This document shows, one piece after another, positions 10,286 through 23,660 of a DNA stretch of 64,000 nucleotides. The stretch comes from Mobula hypostoma (lineage: Eukaryota). Made by a program: the position numbers and the translations under genes. Position 1 is the first letter of the stretch, and the number at the start of each line of letters is the position of its first letter. The stretch covers positions 73,968,001 to 74,032,000 of the forward strand of contig NC_086097.1 in NCBI RefSeq assembly GCF_963921235.1, written 5' to 3'. The notes beneath the pieces were generated by a model that saw only the letters and a list, made by a program, of their open reading frames with translations, was not told the origin of the DNA and made no database searches.

Positions 10286-12843
10286 GAAGTCTGCAGTGAG
10301 GCACGGAGTCCACTCCCTCATCTGTCCTGATATCTGCAATATTACAGTTACACAACTTGCAATTGTGTTTTTGTTTCGAATAGCTGAATTAAGAATCAGC
10401 TGAATCCACAGCACATTATGCCAGTGAATTTACACACGTAAATGCCATGTAATTATGACTGGTAACTATGCTCAACTGTTCAGAAGGACCACGAGGCATT
10501 CATAAGGACAACCTTTTGCATGTATTATGCATTATAAAATATCATCCCCAATGCAATGGAAGAAAATGGAAAGGCTCTATGGGGAGCATCAATTTAGCAC
10601 AAGTTTCTGTGCATCAATATCTAATCTCCACTTCTTGACCTGTAATATGACATTTACAGTTTATTTCAATGGTTTGAAACCGTCAGCGTAAATTAATCTC
10701 TCCATATATGTAGCAGATTCAGATTAATGGTGATCTATGTAAAAATGCACTCATGGAGTTTAGCCTAGAACATGCTTCTAAATGCCTTAGTAATTTCTTC
10801 ACTCATTTTGGGACAAACAGTACCACCAATCTTCTAAATTTTGCTTGCACCTTTGTGGCCAACAGCTTGTTATGTAGTCATTTTGCATCTGCCAACCAAA
10901 TCTGAAGTGCAGAAAAATATTATGTGGAAAATCTCTGGGAGCACATGCTGGAGCATGGAATAAGTCAGCAAGTGAAATACTAACATGAGATGTGAAATCT
11001 GCAGCCAACATAGTCATGAAAGTTAATAGAACAATATTTACTGTATGTTCTACTGTTGCTGAGAGAGTAGAACTATAATTGCTGCTGAAGGGAAGGCATG
11101 AAAACTGAAAGCAGTTTCAAAGATATGTCCTTGCTGACTATTTAATAAGGAGCCACATGAATTTTAAATGAATTCAAAGGACACACACATCTTTTTTGTA
11201 GCATGCATTATCTCTCATCTACCCATATTATGAAATTCAAAAATTAAATGTTGCTCTTTTGGGTTTCAGTGAATGAAGGCAGAACTAATTCGCATTCTGC
11301 TCAAGGGTTCCTGAACTGTAGAACTTATTTGATCCTGAAATACACAGCTCCAACAACCCAGGTCTGTTCCTGTTCTCCGGTTGTCTGTGTGGAGTCTACA
11401 TATTCTTGCAGTAAGAGCATGCATTTTCCTGAGCGCTCCATTTTCTACAAATACTTCCACCAAGGCCTGGATGATAGGTGAGGTGGCAAGAATAAATTAT
11501 CCCTTGTATAAGTGGGTAGTAAAAGGATTAGGGAGTGGTTAAGGGGCACGTAAGTGAGAATGGAATTATAAGGAAAGAAGTGAGGATAAATGTGACTACT
11601 GTGAAAACCAGCATAGACTTAACATGCAGATAGTCTCCTTCCATGACATAAGGAAATTGTGAATGAAAGGATATTAAGATACTGAAACCAGGAACCCATC
11701 TTAACTGGATATAAACAAAATTGAACCACAATGAGGAATGGTTTCTCAATTTATCCTGTTATATGCACTGAATAATTTTCCTTTTTAAGAACAGATCTAA
11801 TACTTGTGCTTAAATGAAGGTGTAAGAATGAACAAACTATTTCCCTGTTTCATTTCCAGTATCAAAAATACCAAGGCTAAATGTTATACCCCGAGGAACT
11901 TGTCTCACACTAAAACCTGAGCAAATGTGATTCTGATAATTTTCGATGGTCTGCTGGCATAGATCAATATTAGAACTTAACTTCCAGTTTAGCAGATGAG
12001 ATGTGACTTGGAGTCACAGTTTAAAATGAAAGAAACCTTTAAAATTGCCCCAAGGCATCACATTAGTTGTAGAACATTAGGCTTTAGTGCTCAGGATTTA
12101 AGCGAGGTTCTCAGCTTTAAATGTATTTTAAACTCATTCGGTTTCAGACAGGAAAAATAATAGACCCTGAATTTAACTGCACATTAACATAGTGTGAAAG
12201 CATTAGATATTATATTGGGGAGGGGGAAGAAATAAAGACATCCAGTCTCACAAATTAGTCATTAAGAACCCGCCATTATGAAAATCCTAGTCTCTTCATG
12301 GTCTTTCTGATAGAAAACTAGAAAGAACAGAACAACCACACAAATAAGGTGGGAAATCAGGAATCAATCTGAAAAAACAAGTGCTAATTTCAAATGAGCA
12401 TCTAAAGCAAAAATTCTTAACATGCTTATGTGATTTCAAATGCAGTTCACAAAATATTATCTTTTATTTCTAAACAACTTTTCATGGACCTAGAACACTG
12501 CAAATCTACAGTCTGAAACCTTTAAGAATTGTATTAAAATTATAAGATCACAGCAAAATTATGATAATTTTCATGCATTACAGATTTCAATCTCTGGACC
12601 ATTTATCTCCTTTTTCCTGTAAACAGTATTCTTCATTAGATGCAACTGAAAACAATTACTAAAGATTTTTTCTATCTTTAATTAATAAAGAACTATCAAA
12701 GTAAATTAATTATTTTGAGATTTAGGCTTTGGCCATTTGACTTGTTTTAATAATATTAAATGCAAATGGTTTTAAGTTAAATTTAGAATTGTTTCAGAGT
12801 ACTACTTTGCAAGTGGAAGAATCACAGGAATACCAATTCTTAC

Positions 12844-13089
12844 CTCCTCTATGTGTCCCTTTAATGCCTTTTGCCAGACATTTTGAACGACAGAGATATA
12901 TTTCTTGTCTGTGACATAACAGTTTGCCAGCAAGACATTGCTTAATTTTGTTCCACTTTTCATTGCTTCAAGAATTTTCTGGACATGGCTTAGAGACAGT
13001 ATGGCTTCAGCCTCGATACCTCCTGTGATAAGCTGCATGGTGCATGGGACCAATCCAATCTGACCCGCACAAAATATATCATCTCCAAT
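12844..13089 (-). CDS. DPH6: DPH6 (diphthine--ammonia ligase, long form) coding exon, second RidA/YjgF-like domain
   Basis: AG at 13091-13090, GTAAGA from 12843; 246 nt, phase 0/0; IGDDIFCAGQIGLVPCTMQLITGGIEAEAILSLSHVQKILEAM...NCYVTD...HIEE continues directly from ...GPYSQSIK. Confidence 0.9.
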
Positions 13090-13323
13090 CTAAGAGGATG
13101 AATACAACTAATTAGCTAGATACCAAGAACAAGATGTTTGAAAACAGCAAATGTATCAAAAAGATTTATACTAAAAACTTCAGAGTAGAAATTAGTTTTC
13201 TGATGCACCTGATAAACACAATTTTTAACATCATAACCATTTCACTCAGTTTATAAAGTTTGATTCCATTAACAGAATTCCAGAATTAAGGTTTACGGTA
13301 CAGTTATTAATACATCCCACATT

Positions 13324-13822
13324 TAAAGTTCAAAGTAAATTTATTATCAAAATACATATGTCAGAATATACAACCCTGAGATTCATCTTCTCGCCTGCAT
13401 AGTGAATAAATCTATAATAGAACAATAAGCATAATAGAATCAATGAAAGACCACACCAACTCAGCGTTCAATCAGCATGCAAAAGACAACAATCTGTGCA
13501 AATACAAAAAGAAAAAATAATAATAAATAAATAAGAAAGAAATATCAAGAATGTGAAGTGAAAAGTCCTTGAAAGGTAGTCCATAGGTTGTGGAAACAGT
13601 TCAGTGATGTAGTAAATGAAACTGAATGAAGTTTTCTCCTTTGATTCAAGTGCCTGATGGTTGAAGGATAATAACTGTTCCTGAACCTAGTGGTGTGACT
13701 CGAGGCATCTGTACCTTCTTCCTGATGGCAGTAGCGAGAAGAGCGTGTGACCTGGGTGTTGGGGGTCCCTGATGATAGATACGGTTTTCCTGAGACAATG
13801 CTCTGTATAGATGTGCTCAATA
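13324..13822 (-). mobile_element. Rex1/Babar-type LINE 3' fragment
   Basis: HCLRKTVSIIRDPQHPGHTLFSLLPSGRRYR..TTRFRNSYYPSTIRHLN; (TTTGAAC)-like tail. Confidence 0.8.
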
Positions 13823-14078
13823 GTAAATACATTGTTGAATGATATTCTACCTCTGTACTTGTATACATGCATGAACATATGACATTAGAACTTTTGTACA
13901 TATTGTGGGGAACCTTATGCACACTGATAGAGCAGCTAACTTTGCTCAATAGTCCAGACAGAGCTATAAAATGTTTTGCATCCAAATCCTTTAGCAATGA
14001 AAACTGTGTTAATATTTGCAAAATATTATTTATTCCTACCTTTTCTTTTGCAAAACACATTTTTCTATTCAAGATATA

Positions 14079-15812
14079 AAGCACTGTGCAAAAGTCAAAG
14101 TTGCTGGTGAACGCAGCAGGCCAAGCAGCATCTGTAGGAAGAGGTGCAGTCGACTGCACCTCTTCCTAGAGATGCAGCTTGGCCTGCTGCATTCACCAGC
14201 AACTTTGATGTATGTTGCTTGAATTTCCAGCATCTGCAGAATTCCTGTTGTTTTCTGTGCAAAAGTCTTAGGTTTCCTAGATGCTTTATATAAATTTTGC
14301 TTTAAATGTTTTTTTTGTCTTCTGCATTAGTATGTCAGTAGAAAAGAGTAAATTTTAGATTTCGAAACAATCATTTTCCAAAAATTTTAAAGTTAGATTT
14401 TTTTTGTATTTTGTAAAAGAATGTAACATGCTAAGTAATATACCACTTTTCAAATTAGTATACAGCCCAGTGCATGATTAAAAAAAGATATCAAACAGGA
14501 TGCTGATGATCAATTATATAACAAGTTGAATGAACTAAACTGATTAACTGAAACCCAAATGGGTGTAGAAGGAATCAAATTGGGCAAAGGACAACTGATC
14601 TAAAATGTGAGGATGTGGCAAATGTGACAGTTTAATCTTCATATCATAAATTCCTACATCATGGTAAGAGTGAACATAGCAACGAGACACAAGCTGGTCA
14701 TCCTGTATCCGCAAGGTTTCTTCCAAGCAGACATTTCACAGTAGACAGGAGTTTCAAGATGTGCTGACCAATCTCTTCTGAAGAAGCACAAAGAAAAAGG
14801 CAAAATTGAGGACTGGAAATGCAGTGGTTGGACATGGAAACTGCAGAAAAGAGATACATCAAACTGACGTCCCTTCTAAATTGGAAGAACACCAGTACTG
14901 CTATCAGCTCTGAACTCAGAGAAACCAATGGAACTCAAGTATGCCCCCTCTACAGTCCGGAGAAGTCTTATCAGAAGTGGTCTTTATGGAGGAGTTTTTG
15001 CCAAAGAAAGCATTTCTGTGAAGTGGAAACAAAGCCATGAGTCTCGCCTATGCACAAAAATGCAAGGACTGGGGTGCTGAACAATGGCAGCAAGTGCTCT
15101 GGACAGACAACTCAAAATTTCACATTTTTGAATGAAACAGGAGGAAGTTTGTCTGTGGAAGAGCAGGAGAGCGCTACATGGATGAGTGTTTGGACCTAAT
15201 AGTGAAGCACCGTGAAGGTTCCCTGCAGGCGCAGAACTGCATTTCTCCAAAAGCAGTTGGTGATCTGATCAGAATTAATGGAATCCTCAATGCTGAGAAG
15301 TACAAGCAGATTCTCATCCATCATGCAATACCATCAGGGAGGTGTCTGATCAGTCACAACTTTATTCTGTTGCAGGACAATGACCCAAAACGCTGGGCCA
15401 AGTTCATAATGAACTATCTTCAGTGAAAAGAAGAACATGGAGTTCTGTGGCAGATGGTATGGCCTCTACAGAGCCCAGGTCTCAACATCGAGGCTGTCTG
15501 GGACTAGCTGGAGAGACAGAATCAAACAAGACAGCCAAAGTCTGCAGACGAACAGTGCCAAGTTCTCCAAGATGCTTGAAACAACCAGCCATCCAATTTT
15601 CTTATAAAACTGCATGACAGTGTACCTAACAGAACTGATGCAGTTTTAAAGGCAAAGAGTGGTCACACCAAATATAGATTTAATTTAGTTTTTTTACTGT
15701 TTACTGCTCTTTATAGTTTTTCTTTGATATTTAGTAACTTCTCATTTAACTTTTCTAAAGCCTGCTCACTTTACAGAATTTTTAATGTGCCTAAGACTTT
15801 TGCTCAGTACTG
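14079..15812 (+). mobile_element. Tc1/mariner DNA transposon, degenerate transposase
   Basis: TA flanks (14077-14078, 15813-15814); TIRs aagcactgtgcaaaagtcttagg and revcomp cagtactgagcaaaagtcttagg; remnants RYIKLTSL, GILNAEKYKQILIHHAIPSG, LQDNDPK, WPLQSPGLNIE. Confidence 0.9.
14097..14254. mobile_element. Penelope-like terminal inverted-repeat insertion forming a spacerless palindrome, inside the Tc1 left TIR
   Basis: 13-bp TSD CTGTGCAAAAGTC (14084-14096, 14255-14267); 57-bp arms (14095-14208) centred on GTCGAC; 'tttccagcatctgcaga' tail shared with the copy at ~22220. Confidence 0.75.
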
Positions 15813-16590
15813 TATATAGAAAGAAGAGTTATGACTGTGGGAAAATTTCCTGTGCACTCTTAAGTAAATTGCTTAAGTACTTTCACTGAAATATGAAGCT
15901 AAATAATCAAGAGATAGGTGCCCATCTTCTATATTCAATAATTTGTTTTTTTGCTGAAGAAAGATCCAAGAAATTTTCTTGAAGCTAATTTTCCAAACTT
16001 TGAATAAGGTTGAAATGTACAAGGAAAGTCCTAAGCAAACATAGTACACACTATATAGCTGAAAAATGTAATTTTTTGTTTGCATTTCTCGTCATCTCAT
16101 GTACAAGGCGCATGATATTTCAGACTGATAATAAAGAACACAGATTGCCAATGCAATGCATCTCAAACACAAAGTTGCAGACAGAATTATGTGCATATAT
16201 GCATGTTTGTCTGTTAGGGCTTTATTAGAATGTGAAGATTCACTAGACACTGGGGAAGAAAAAAGTTAATTAAATACAAGTGTTGACTTAAATCTGTTAC
16301 ACCAAATCAGAAACTAAGTAATGCGAACATAATGTCAGTGGACAAATATTCGTAAGTCACAATAAGTCAGTGAGGAAATTGCAAAGAAATGTCTTCAGGC
16401 AGACAGTGTTTGAAGGTGGAATGCACCACCACAGGGAATGGTGAGGCAAAAGTAGGGATGTATTGAAGAGCATGATTCATTTGACACAATATTAGAGGAT
16501 ATTTTACTATCTTTAGCTGAGGAGCAAAAGGTGGTGGTAATGTGGGACACCAGCATCAACACAGTATTGCTTAGCCACTGAGCATGTTTC

Positions 16591-19135
16591 GATCAAGATC
16601 ACAAGACAAAGGAGCAGAAGTAGGCTATTCGGCCCATTGAGTCTGCTCCGCCACTCCACCATGAGCTAAACTACTCTCCCATCTAGTTCCAATTTCCGGC
16701 TTTTTCCTCATATCCCTTGATACCCTGACTAATTAGATACCTATCAATCTCCTGCTTAAGCACCCTCAATGATCGGGCCTCCACAGCTGTATGTGGCAAC
16801 GAATTCCATAAATCCACAACCCTTTGGCTAAAAAAAATGTCTCCTCATCTCTGTTTTAAATGGGTACTCTCTAATTCTAAGACTGTGGCCTCTTGTCCTG
16901 GACTCACCCACCAAGGGAAGCAGCCTTTCCACATCTACTCTGTCCAACCCTTTCAACATTCAAAATGTTTCTATGAGATCCCCTCTCATTCTTCTATACT
17001 GTACTGAATAGTCCAAGAGCCAACAAACGTTCCTCATATGTTAGCCCCTGCATTCCAGGAATCAACCTCGTAAATCTTCTCTGAACTCTCTCCAACATCA
17101 GTACATCCCTTCTAAGATAGGGTGCCCAAAACTGCACACAGTATTCCAAATGAGGTCTCACCAGTGCCCCATAGAGCCTCATCAACACTTCCTTACTCTT
17201 ATATACACTATTCCTCTTGAAATGAATGCCAACATAGCATTCGCTTTCCTTACTGCCGATCCAACCTAGTAGTTAACCTTCAGGGTATCCTGCACAAGGA
17301 CCCCCAAGTCCCTTTGCACTTCCGATTTTTGAATTTTCTCCCCATCTAAATAATAATCTGCCCGATTAGTTCTTCTTCCAAAATGTACAACTGCACATTT
17401 CTCAACATTGCAACTCATCTGCCATTTCTTTGCTCACTCTTCTAAACTGACCAAGTCGCTCTGCAACCTTTCTGTTTCTTCAACACTTTTTGGTCCTCCA
17501 CTTATCTTGGTGTCATCCGCAAACATAGCCACAAAACCATTTAATCCATAATCTAAATCATCGATATACATTGTAAAAAGAAGCGGCCCCAACACCGACC
17601 TGTGCAGAACACCACTAGTAACCGGCAACCAATCAGAATAGGATCCCTTATTCCCACCCTTTGCTTTCTGCCTATCAGCCAATGCTCCACCCATTCCAAT
17701 ATATTTCCTGTAATTCCATTGGCTCTCATCTTATTAAGTAGCCTCTTATGTGGCACCTCATCGAAGGCCTTTTGAAAATCCAAATACACAACATCCACAA
17801 CCTCTCCCTCGTCAATCTTATTTGAGATTACCTCAAAAAATTCCAATAGGTTGGTGAGGCAGGATCTTCCCTTCATGAAGCCATGCTGGCTTGGGCCTAT
17901 CTTGTCATGTACCTCGAGGTATTTCATAACTTTGTCCTTGAGGATCGAATCTAATAAACTTTCCAACTACTGATGTCAGACTAATAGGTCTGTAATTTTC
18001 TTTTTGCTGCCTCCCTCCTTTCTTAATCAGCGGAACTACATTTGCGACCTTCCAGTCCTCCAGAACCATGCCAGAGTCTATTGATTCCTGGAGGATCATT
18101 TCCAATGCCTCCACAATCTCCAAAGCCACCTCCTTCAGAACCCATGGGTGCACCTCATCTGGTCCGGGGGACTTATCCATTCTTAGTCCATTTAGCTTCT
18201 CAAGCACCTTCTCTCTAGTAATCTTGACTGTACCTAATTCTATTCCCTGAGACCTCTGGCTATCAGGTATGTTGCTAATGTCTTCCACTGTGAAGACTGA
18301 TGCAAAATACTCATTTAGTTCCTCTGCCATCTCTTTGTTACCCATTATAATTTCTCCAGCATCATTTTCAATCGGTCCTATATTTACCCATGTCACTCTT
18401 TTACTCTTTATATATTTAAAAAAAAACTCTTAGTATCCTTTTTTATGTTAATTGCCAACTTCCTTTCATAATTCTTCTTTTCTTTCCTAATGACTTTCTT
18501 CGTTTCCTTCTGTAAGTTTTTAAAAGTCATTCAGTCCTCAGTTTCCCCACTATTTTTTGCTTCCTTGTACACTGTCTCTTTTGCTTTTATTTTAGCCTTA
18601 ACCTCTCTCGTTAGCCATATTTGTGCCATTTTTCCATTCATGATTTTCTTTTTTCTTGGAATATATTTTTCCTGCACTTTCCTTATTTCTTGAAGGAATT
18701 TCATCCAATTCTGCTCTACTGTCCCTCCATCTAGTTTACTTTTCCAATCGACTTGGGCCAGTTCCTCTCTCATACCAATGTAATTTCCTTTGTTCCACTG
18801 AAATATCGATACACCTAATACCAGCTACTCCTTTTCAAATTTGAAACTGAACTCAATCATATTATGATCACTACTTTCAAGGGGTTCCATTACCTCCAGC
18901 TCCCTAATCGCCTCAGGTTCATTACACAGCACCCAATCCAAAACAGCCGATCCCCTGATGGGCTTATGGACAAGCTGCTCCAAAAATCCATCCCTTAGGC
19001 ATTCTACAAATGCCCTCTCCTGAGATCCAGTACCTTCCTGACTTTCCCAATCCACTTTTATATTAAAATCCCCCATAATTATCTTGATGTTTTCCTTGTG
19101 ACACACTTTTTCTATTTCCAGCTGTAACTTGTAGT
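16591..19135 (-). mobile_element. 5'-truncated CR1 (HER1-like) LINE, ORF2 from the end of the endonuclease to the 3' end
   Basis: ORF pieces IIMGDFN...SDHN, NYRPISLTS, QHGFMKGRSCLTNL, LDFQKAFD, MFADD, LVRPHLEYC; (TCTTGA)-like tail at about 16591-16606. Confidence 0.92.
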
Positions 19136-20190
19136 AAATAATTTAGCTCGATGCTGTAAATACTTAGAAATAACAGATGTAAAAAAGATGGGCTAGATTA
19201 TACAAAGAAATACTGACACCACTGAAGCTTTCATGTTGTTGCTACTCTTTATTGGTAATTTCTTGTCGATGCTGTCTGGGCAGCAGACGAGTGTGAACTG
19301 AAAACTATCAGGAACTTTAAATTAGGTAATCTGTCGCTGATCCTGTTCAGATTTAGACCTGGTACAGGAAAAGCCACTCCCATCACCTGAGAAGACAGAT
19401 ACAGCTTAATGAGCTAGATAATAGTTAATTCACATATCATGAATTAATTGAGCCAAAATCTTTTCTCCCATATAGGAGTTGGTCTTTCTCTCAAGATCTT
19501 TGCCGCTTTCTCAAAAGGCAGTGGAAACAAATGCAGAATATTTTTAAGGCAGTATTAGATAGATTCTTGAAAAGCACGGAAATGAAAGGTTACTGAGAGT
19601 AGTTAGGAAGGTAAAGCGGATATTAGAACTGTATTGGCCCTGATTTTAAAGAATTCTGAGTGCCCTACACTTGTTCTTACATATAATTGCTCCTACGTAT
19701 ACTTGCATATACTTGACTTAGTTGTTGTTGGTAAATATTGAATAGGTGTAAGATATTTCTTCCCGTTCCTTTCTTCCAACCGATGCTGTGCTAAATTTAC
19801 TCTTATAACAGGCTCACTTCACCCTCTTGGCCTATCCCCTCTTCTCCAAACATTCAAAAGATAACAATCTGTGATGAAATGCAAAATGACTTGCAGATTT
19901 CATTATTAGATATCCTGATCATTGAAATAGTGCTTCTTTAACTGGCCATTTCCAGAAAAGAACTTTGTACAAGGAAAACAATATTTGTTTCTGTTGATCT
20001 TTTTCCCACTGAGGTATTTGAAATTCACTCTTACCGTGTGTGCGTGTGTATCTTTAAAAATTATATTATCCTCTTCTCAAATAACATGCGTAAAGCACCT
20101 GCTTTTCAAGGGTAATGGTTTAATCAGTAACAAATTAAAATGTATCTTATTAATGCTGCAAGCTGTTTGAGTTATCCCTGCTATCCCAAT

Positions 20191-20331
20191 AGGTCACAGG
20201 TTCACATAAGACCCATTGACCTGTTGACCTGTCAGTCAAATACTTGCTTACAAGATGCTGCCAATGTAAATAACCACAAGTGACAATGTGCTAATTGCTG
20301 GCCTCTGCAAAGCCATGTAACCTTCTGACCT
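20191..20331. promoter_or_regulatory. Cluster of DR2-type nuclear receptor (RAR/RXR) response elements
   Basis: AGGTCA-ca-GGTTCA (20191-20204, +); TGACCT-gt-TGACCT (20217-20230, perfect DR2 on -); TAACCT-tc-TGACCT (20318-20331, degenerate DR2 on -). Motif evidence only. Confidence 0.55.
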
Positions 20332-21914
20332 TAGGTAGACCTCAATGGCTGGATCAATTAGAACCTCAGGCAAAGAACCCATACTGATACACAAGGTTAG
20401 AAAGTCTCTTTATAACAAGATTAGGGATGCTAAATTTGTATCCTCATTGGTAAATAATCCAAGCTTTTCCGGTTCCATTAGTATGTTAGTGGCTGCATAT
20501 ACAATCATTTATTTTATTTTTTCTCATTACATTAAGGAAATCTGAAACAGAATAAACAGTGATCAAGATTACAATCCATAATCACACACAAGCTCAATGT
20601 GTTGTGAATGACTATACTTTACTCCACTCAGAAGACTAAATTTAGTAAATGAAATGCAAACTAAAATTACCTTAATTCAATAGCTTCCGATTCAGAAATT
20701 AATAATTAGTATAATTATACAACCAGTTTCTACAGCTCTTGGGTAATATGTTTTTAATGAGGCAGCCGTGGTTGAAGCTTGCGAAAATCAAATCATGTTT
20801 TTCATTAAAAGGCCTCAATTTTCAAAGCCTTCACCCATTTAGCATTCAGTTACTTTTCTTTTATTAAACTCAGCAGTTTACCTGTAATGCCTGTAATATC
20901 TACTTATTTTACAAGTCAATCAAGGTAAAAAATCATCTATTTTGACCAAATATGATAGAAGTAAACAATCTGATTCAGTATTAAAATTTCCATTTGTAAT
21001 TGAATGGGTGAAAAAGTTCTTGTGCAGAGTTCATGAGCTACTCTTGTATGGAATTTGACTATACAACTGGAGACCTATGTTCAAATGCTGGTGGTGAAAG
21101 CTGGGAACAGAATGGCAAGGTCAACAGCCAACTGGATCTTGATGAACAAAAAGACCAACATCTTACTTCTCAATCAATAAGTGTCAAGGATGGGAGAGGA
21201 GGAAGGACTGGAGAAAGGAGGAAGAAGGGAGTGTAATAAAGAAGAAAAGGAGGAAGGAAGTGAGTGAGGAAGGGAGGCAGGAAGGTATCAAGGACTGGAA
21301 GGCAGAAAGAAGGCAGGGAAAATGACGATCAGGAAGAAATGTAAATATCAATTATCTCCAGGAAAAAATTACTATCGACAGAAATTTGTGTAAAGAAAGT
21401 AAAACTAGAACAAATGCCAAAGTGCCTCTTTATACAATTTTTCATCAACTATCAGTGAATTGTTGTGACTACAACTTGAAATAACAACAGTAGAATTTCC
21501 AACACATCAATGAAAATCTAGTGACAAATTTTGGAGTACCCAATTGCGGAGATAAAAGCAGAAATCAATAAGTTGATTAGAAATGCCTCTGAAGAAGCCA
21601 AGTAAAATAGAAAACGAATCAATGCTCCCATCCCAAGAATGAGCTGTGAATTTAAAATCTAAGTATTAATTGCCTTTTTAATATGTTTTGACCAATTAAA
21701 AGTAATTTAATTTGGAAAAAATATCATAGAAACGTACCTATATCAATTAATTTCAGCTTCTTGAACATGTTATCTTTTTGCGGAAGATATTACCTTTAAG
21801 TTTAGCCCAAGTGTTTTCTAGTTATGTGATATGGATAACCATTCTTCCCATCTGGACCTGACTTCGGTTTGAACTAAAAGCTAAGCTCTCCTTCCCTTCT
21901 CCTCACTTTCCTCT

Positions 21915-22240
21915 GGTGCTCCGCCCTTTTCCTTTCTCCTATCTGATTCTTTCTTTTTCAGCCCTTTACTGTTTCCACCTATCACCTCCTAGCTTCTTAC
22001 TCCATCACCCTTCCTACACCCACCCAACTTTCCCCTCTCCTGGCTTCACTTATCACCTGCCAGCCTGTACTTCCTCTCCCCTCCCTTCCACCCCACCTTC
22101 TTATTCTGCCTCTTCCCCCTTTCTTTCCAATCCTGACAAAGGGCCTCAGCATTCCTTTTTAAAGAGCTGCCTGACCTGGTAAAGTCCCTCCAGCACTTTG
22201 TGGTGTTGCTCTGGATTTCCAGTATCTGCAGAATCACTTT
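21915..22240 (+). mobile_element. Penelope-like element 3' fragment
   Basis: Pyrimidine-rich body, 'tcctgacaaagggcctc', 'gctgcctgacctg..ctccagcactttg..ttccagtatctgcaga'; same terminal motif family as 14097-14254. Confidence 0.6.
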
Positions 22241-22349
22241 GGTTTAAGCTAAACTCCGAGTTTCTCATGCTCATGCCCACAGCACCAGATTGCCGCACTA
22301 GCAGATAGTGTATTGTCCTTATACCACTGGAAAGCAAAAGTGGATGGTT

Positions 22350-22658
22350 TAAAAGATTAAATATTAGCTTTATTTGTCAAATGTACATCGAAACTTTGGA
22401 ACATACAGTGAAATTAGTTTGTGTTAATAACCTACACAGTCTGTGGATGTGCTAAGGGCAGCCCACAATTGTTGCCAAGCTCTTCGCACCAACATAGCAT
22501 GCCCACAAGTTACTATCCCTAACTTGTATGTCCTTTGAACATTAGAGGAAACCTGCATGGCCACGGGGAGGAAGTATAAAGTCCTTACAGACTGCCACGT
22601 AAATTGAATGATCACTGGTACTGTGAAGCATTTTGCTAACCACTGCACTGCCATGCCA
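22350..22658 (-). mobile_element. tRNA-derived V-SINE
   Basis: Minus strand starts ggcatggcagtgcagtggttagc (A-box-like); V-core 'ctccccgtggccatgcaggtttcc'; (AATCTTT)n tail; homologous to 46325-46628. Confidence 0.7.
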
Positions 22659-23089
22659 CTGATTTAAAGGTATTTGAGTTTAAAGCAAATACAGCAAAAT
22701 AAGGGGAACATGAATATAACAAAAAAATAGTTTTTACAGCCATGAGTGACAACAATGTTATGCACAATACCTCACAGTAAAGGGGAATTACATATAATGA
22801 TAAACCTTCAAACATACAGAGGTACACTTTTCTCAAGCTGTAACTAAGGTAACTTAAGATCAATATTGCCATTTGTGTACTGTTGTGAAACATTAGAACG
22901 ATTTAGAAGGAATCTGATGTGTTCAATGAAATAAAAGCTCTTTTATCACATCTTGAGTAGTGTCAGCTTTTTAAAAAGTTTTTTTTCTTTTATTTGGTAT
23001 TTTATTACTATCTATTTGTGACCTACATTTTGGGATTTCTGTCCCATTATGAATCTTTTGCAATATTGGATGCAATTCCAGTTACCGGT

Positions 23090-23660
23090 GATGGACCACT
23101 GTACCATAGAGAGCATCTTAATATACTGCATCTCTGTGTGGTATCTCAGTTGCACAGCAGCTGATAGGAAAGCACTTCAGCGGGTCGTCTCTAGCGCACA
23201 GAAGATCATCAGGACACAGCTCCCAGCTACACCTACAGCTCTCACTGCCTAAGGAAAGCTACAAGCATCTGTAAGGACAATACACACCCATGCAATCATC
23301 TGTTTGAACTTCTTCCATCTGGCAGACGTTATAAGATTTTCTATGCCCGCACTTCCAGACTGAAAAATAGCTTTTTCCCCAGAGCTAGAATTGCTCTGAA
23401 CCAATCGATCAAGCATCATCCATAAATTTGTTATATTGCTACTTTAATACTGGTTTTATGGCCGTCATGCATCTGAGTTGCGCTTTTGTACTGCTGGACC
23501 TTGCTTGTACTGGCTGGTTACTTGATTTTATTTATTGTTTATTTATTTTATTTGTTGTTTTATAGCATTGAGTAAGAGAGTTGCAAACTCATTTTTGCTG
23601 CACTGGTGCATGACAAATTGTACTATGCAATGACAATAAAGATATTTCAATTTCAATTGG
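23090..23660 (+). mobile_element. Rex1/Babar-type LINE 3' fragment
   Basis: CTIESILIYCISVWY...DRKALQRVVSSAQKII; HLFELLPSGRRY; RLKNSFFPRA; AATAAA and short tail. Confidence 0.8.

Noticed and set aside
13545..14159. 204-aa ORF
   Set aside because: Chance read-through of a palindrome arm, unique intron and Rex1 remnant; no coherent protein.
21190..21340. Purine-rich GGA/GAA tract
   Set aside because: Low-complexity sequence without a regular unit or coding support.
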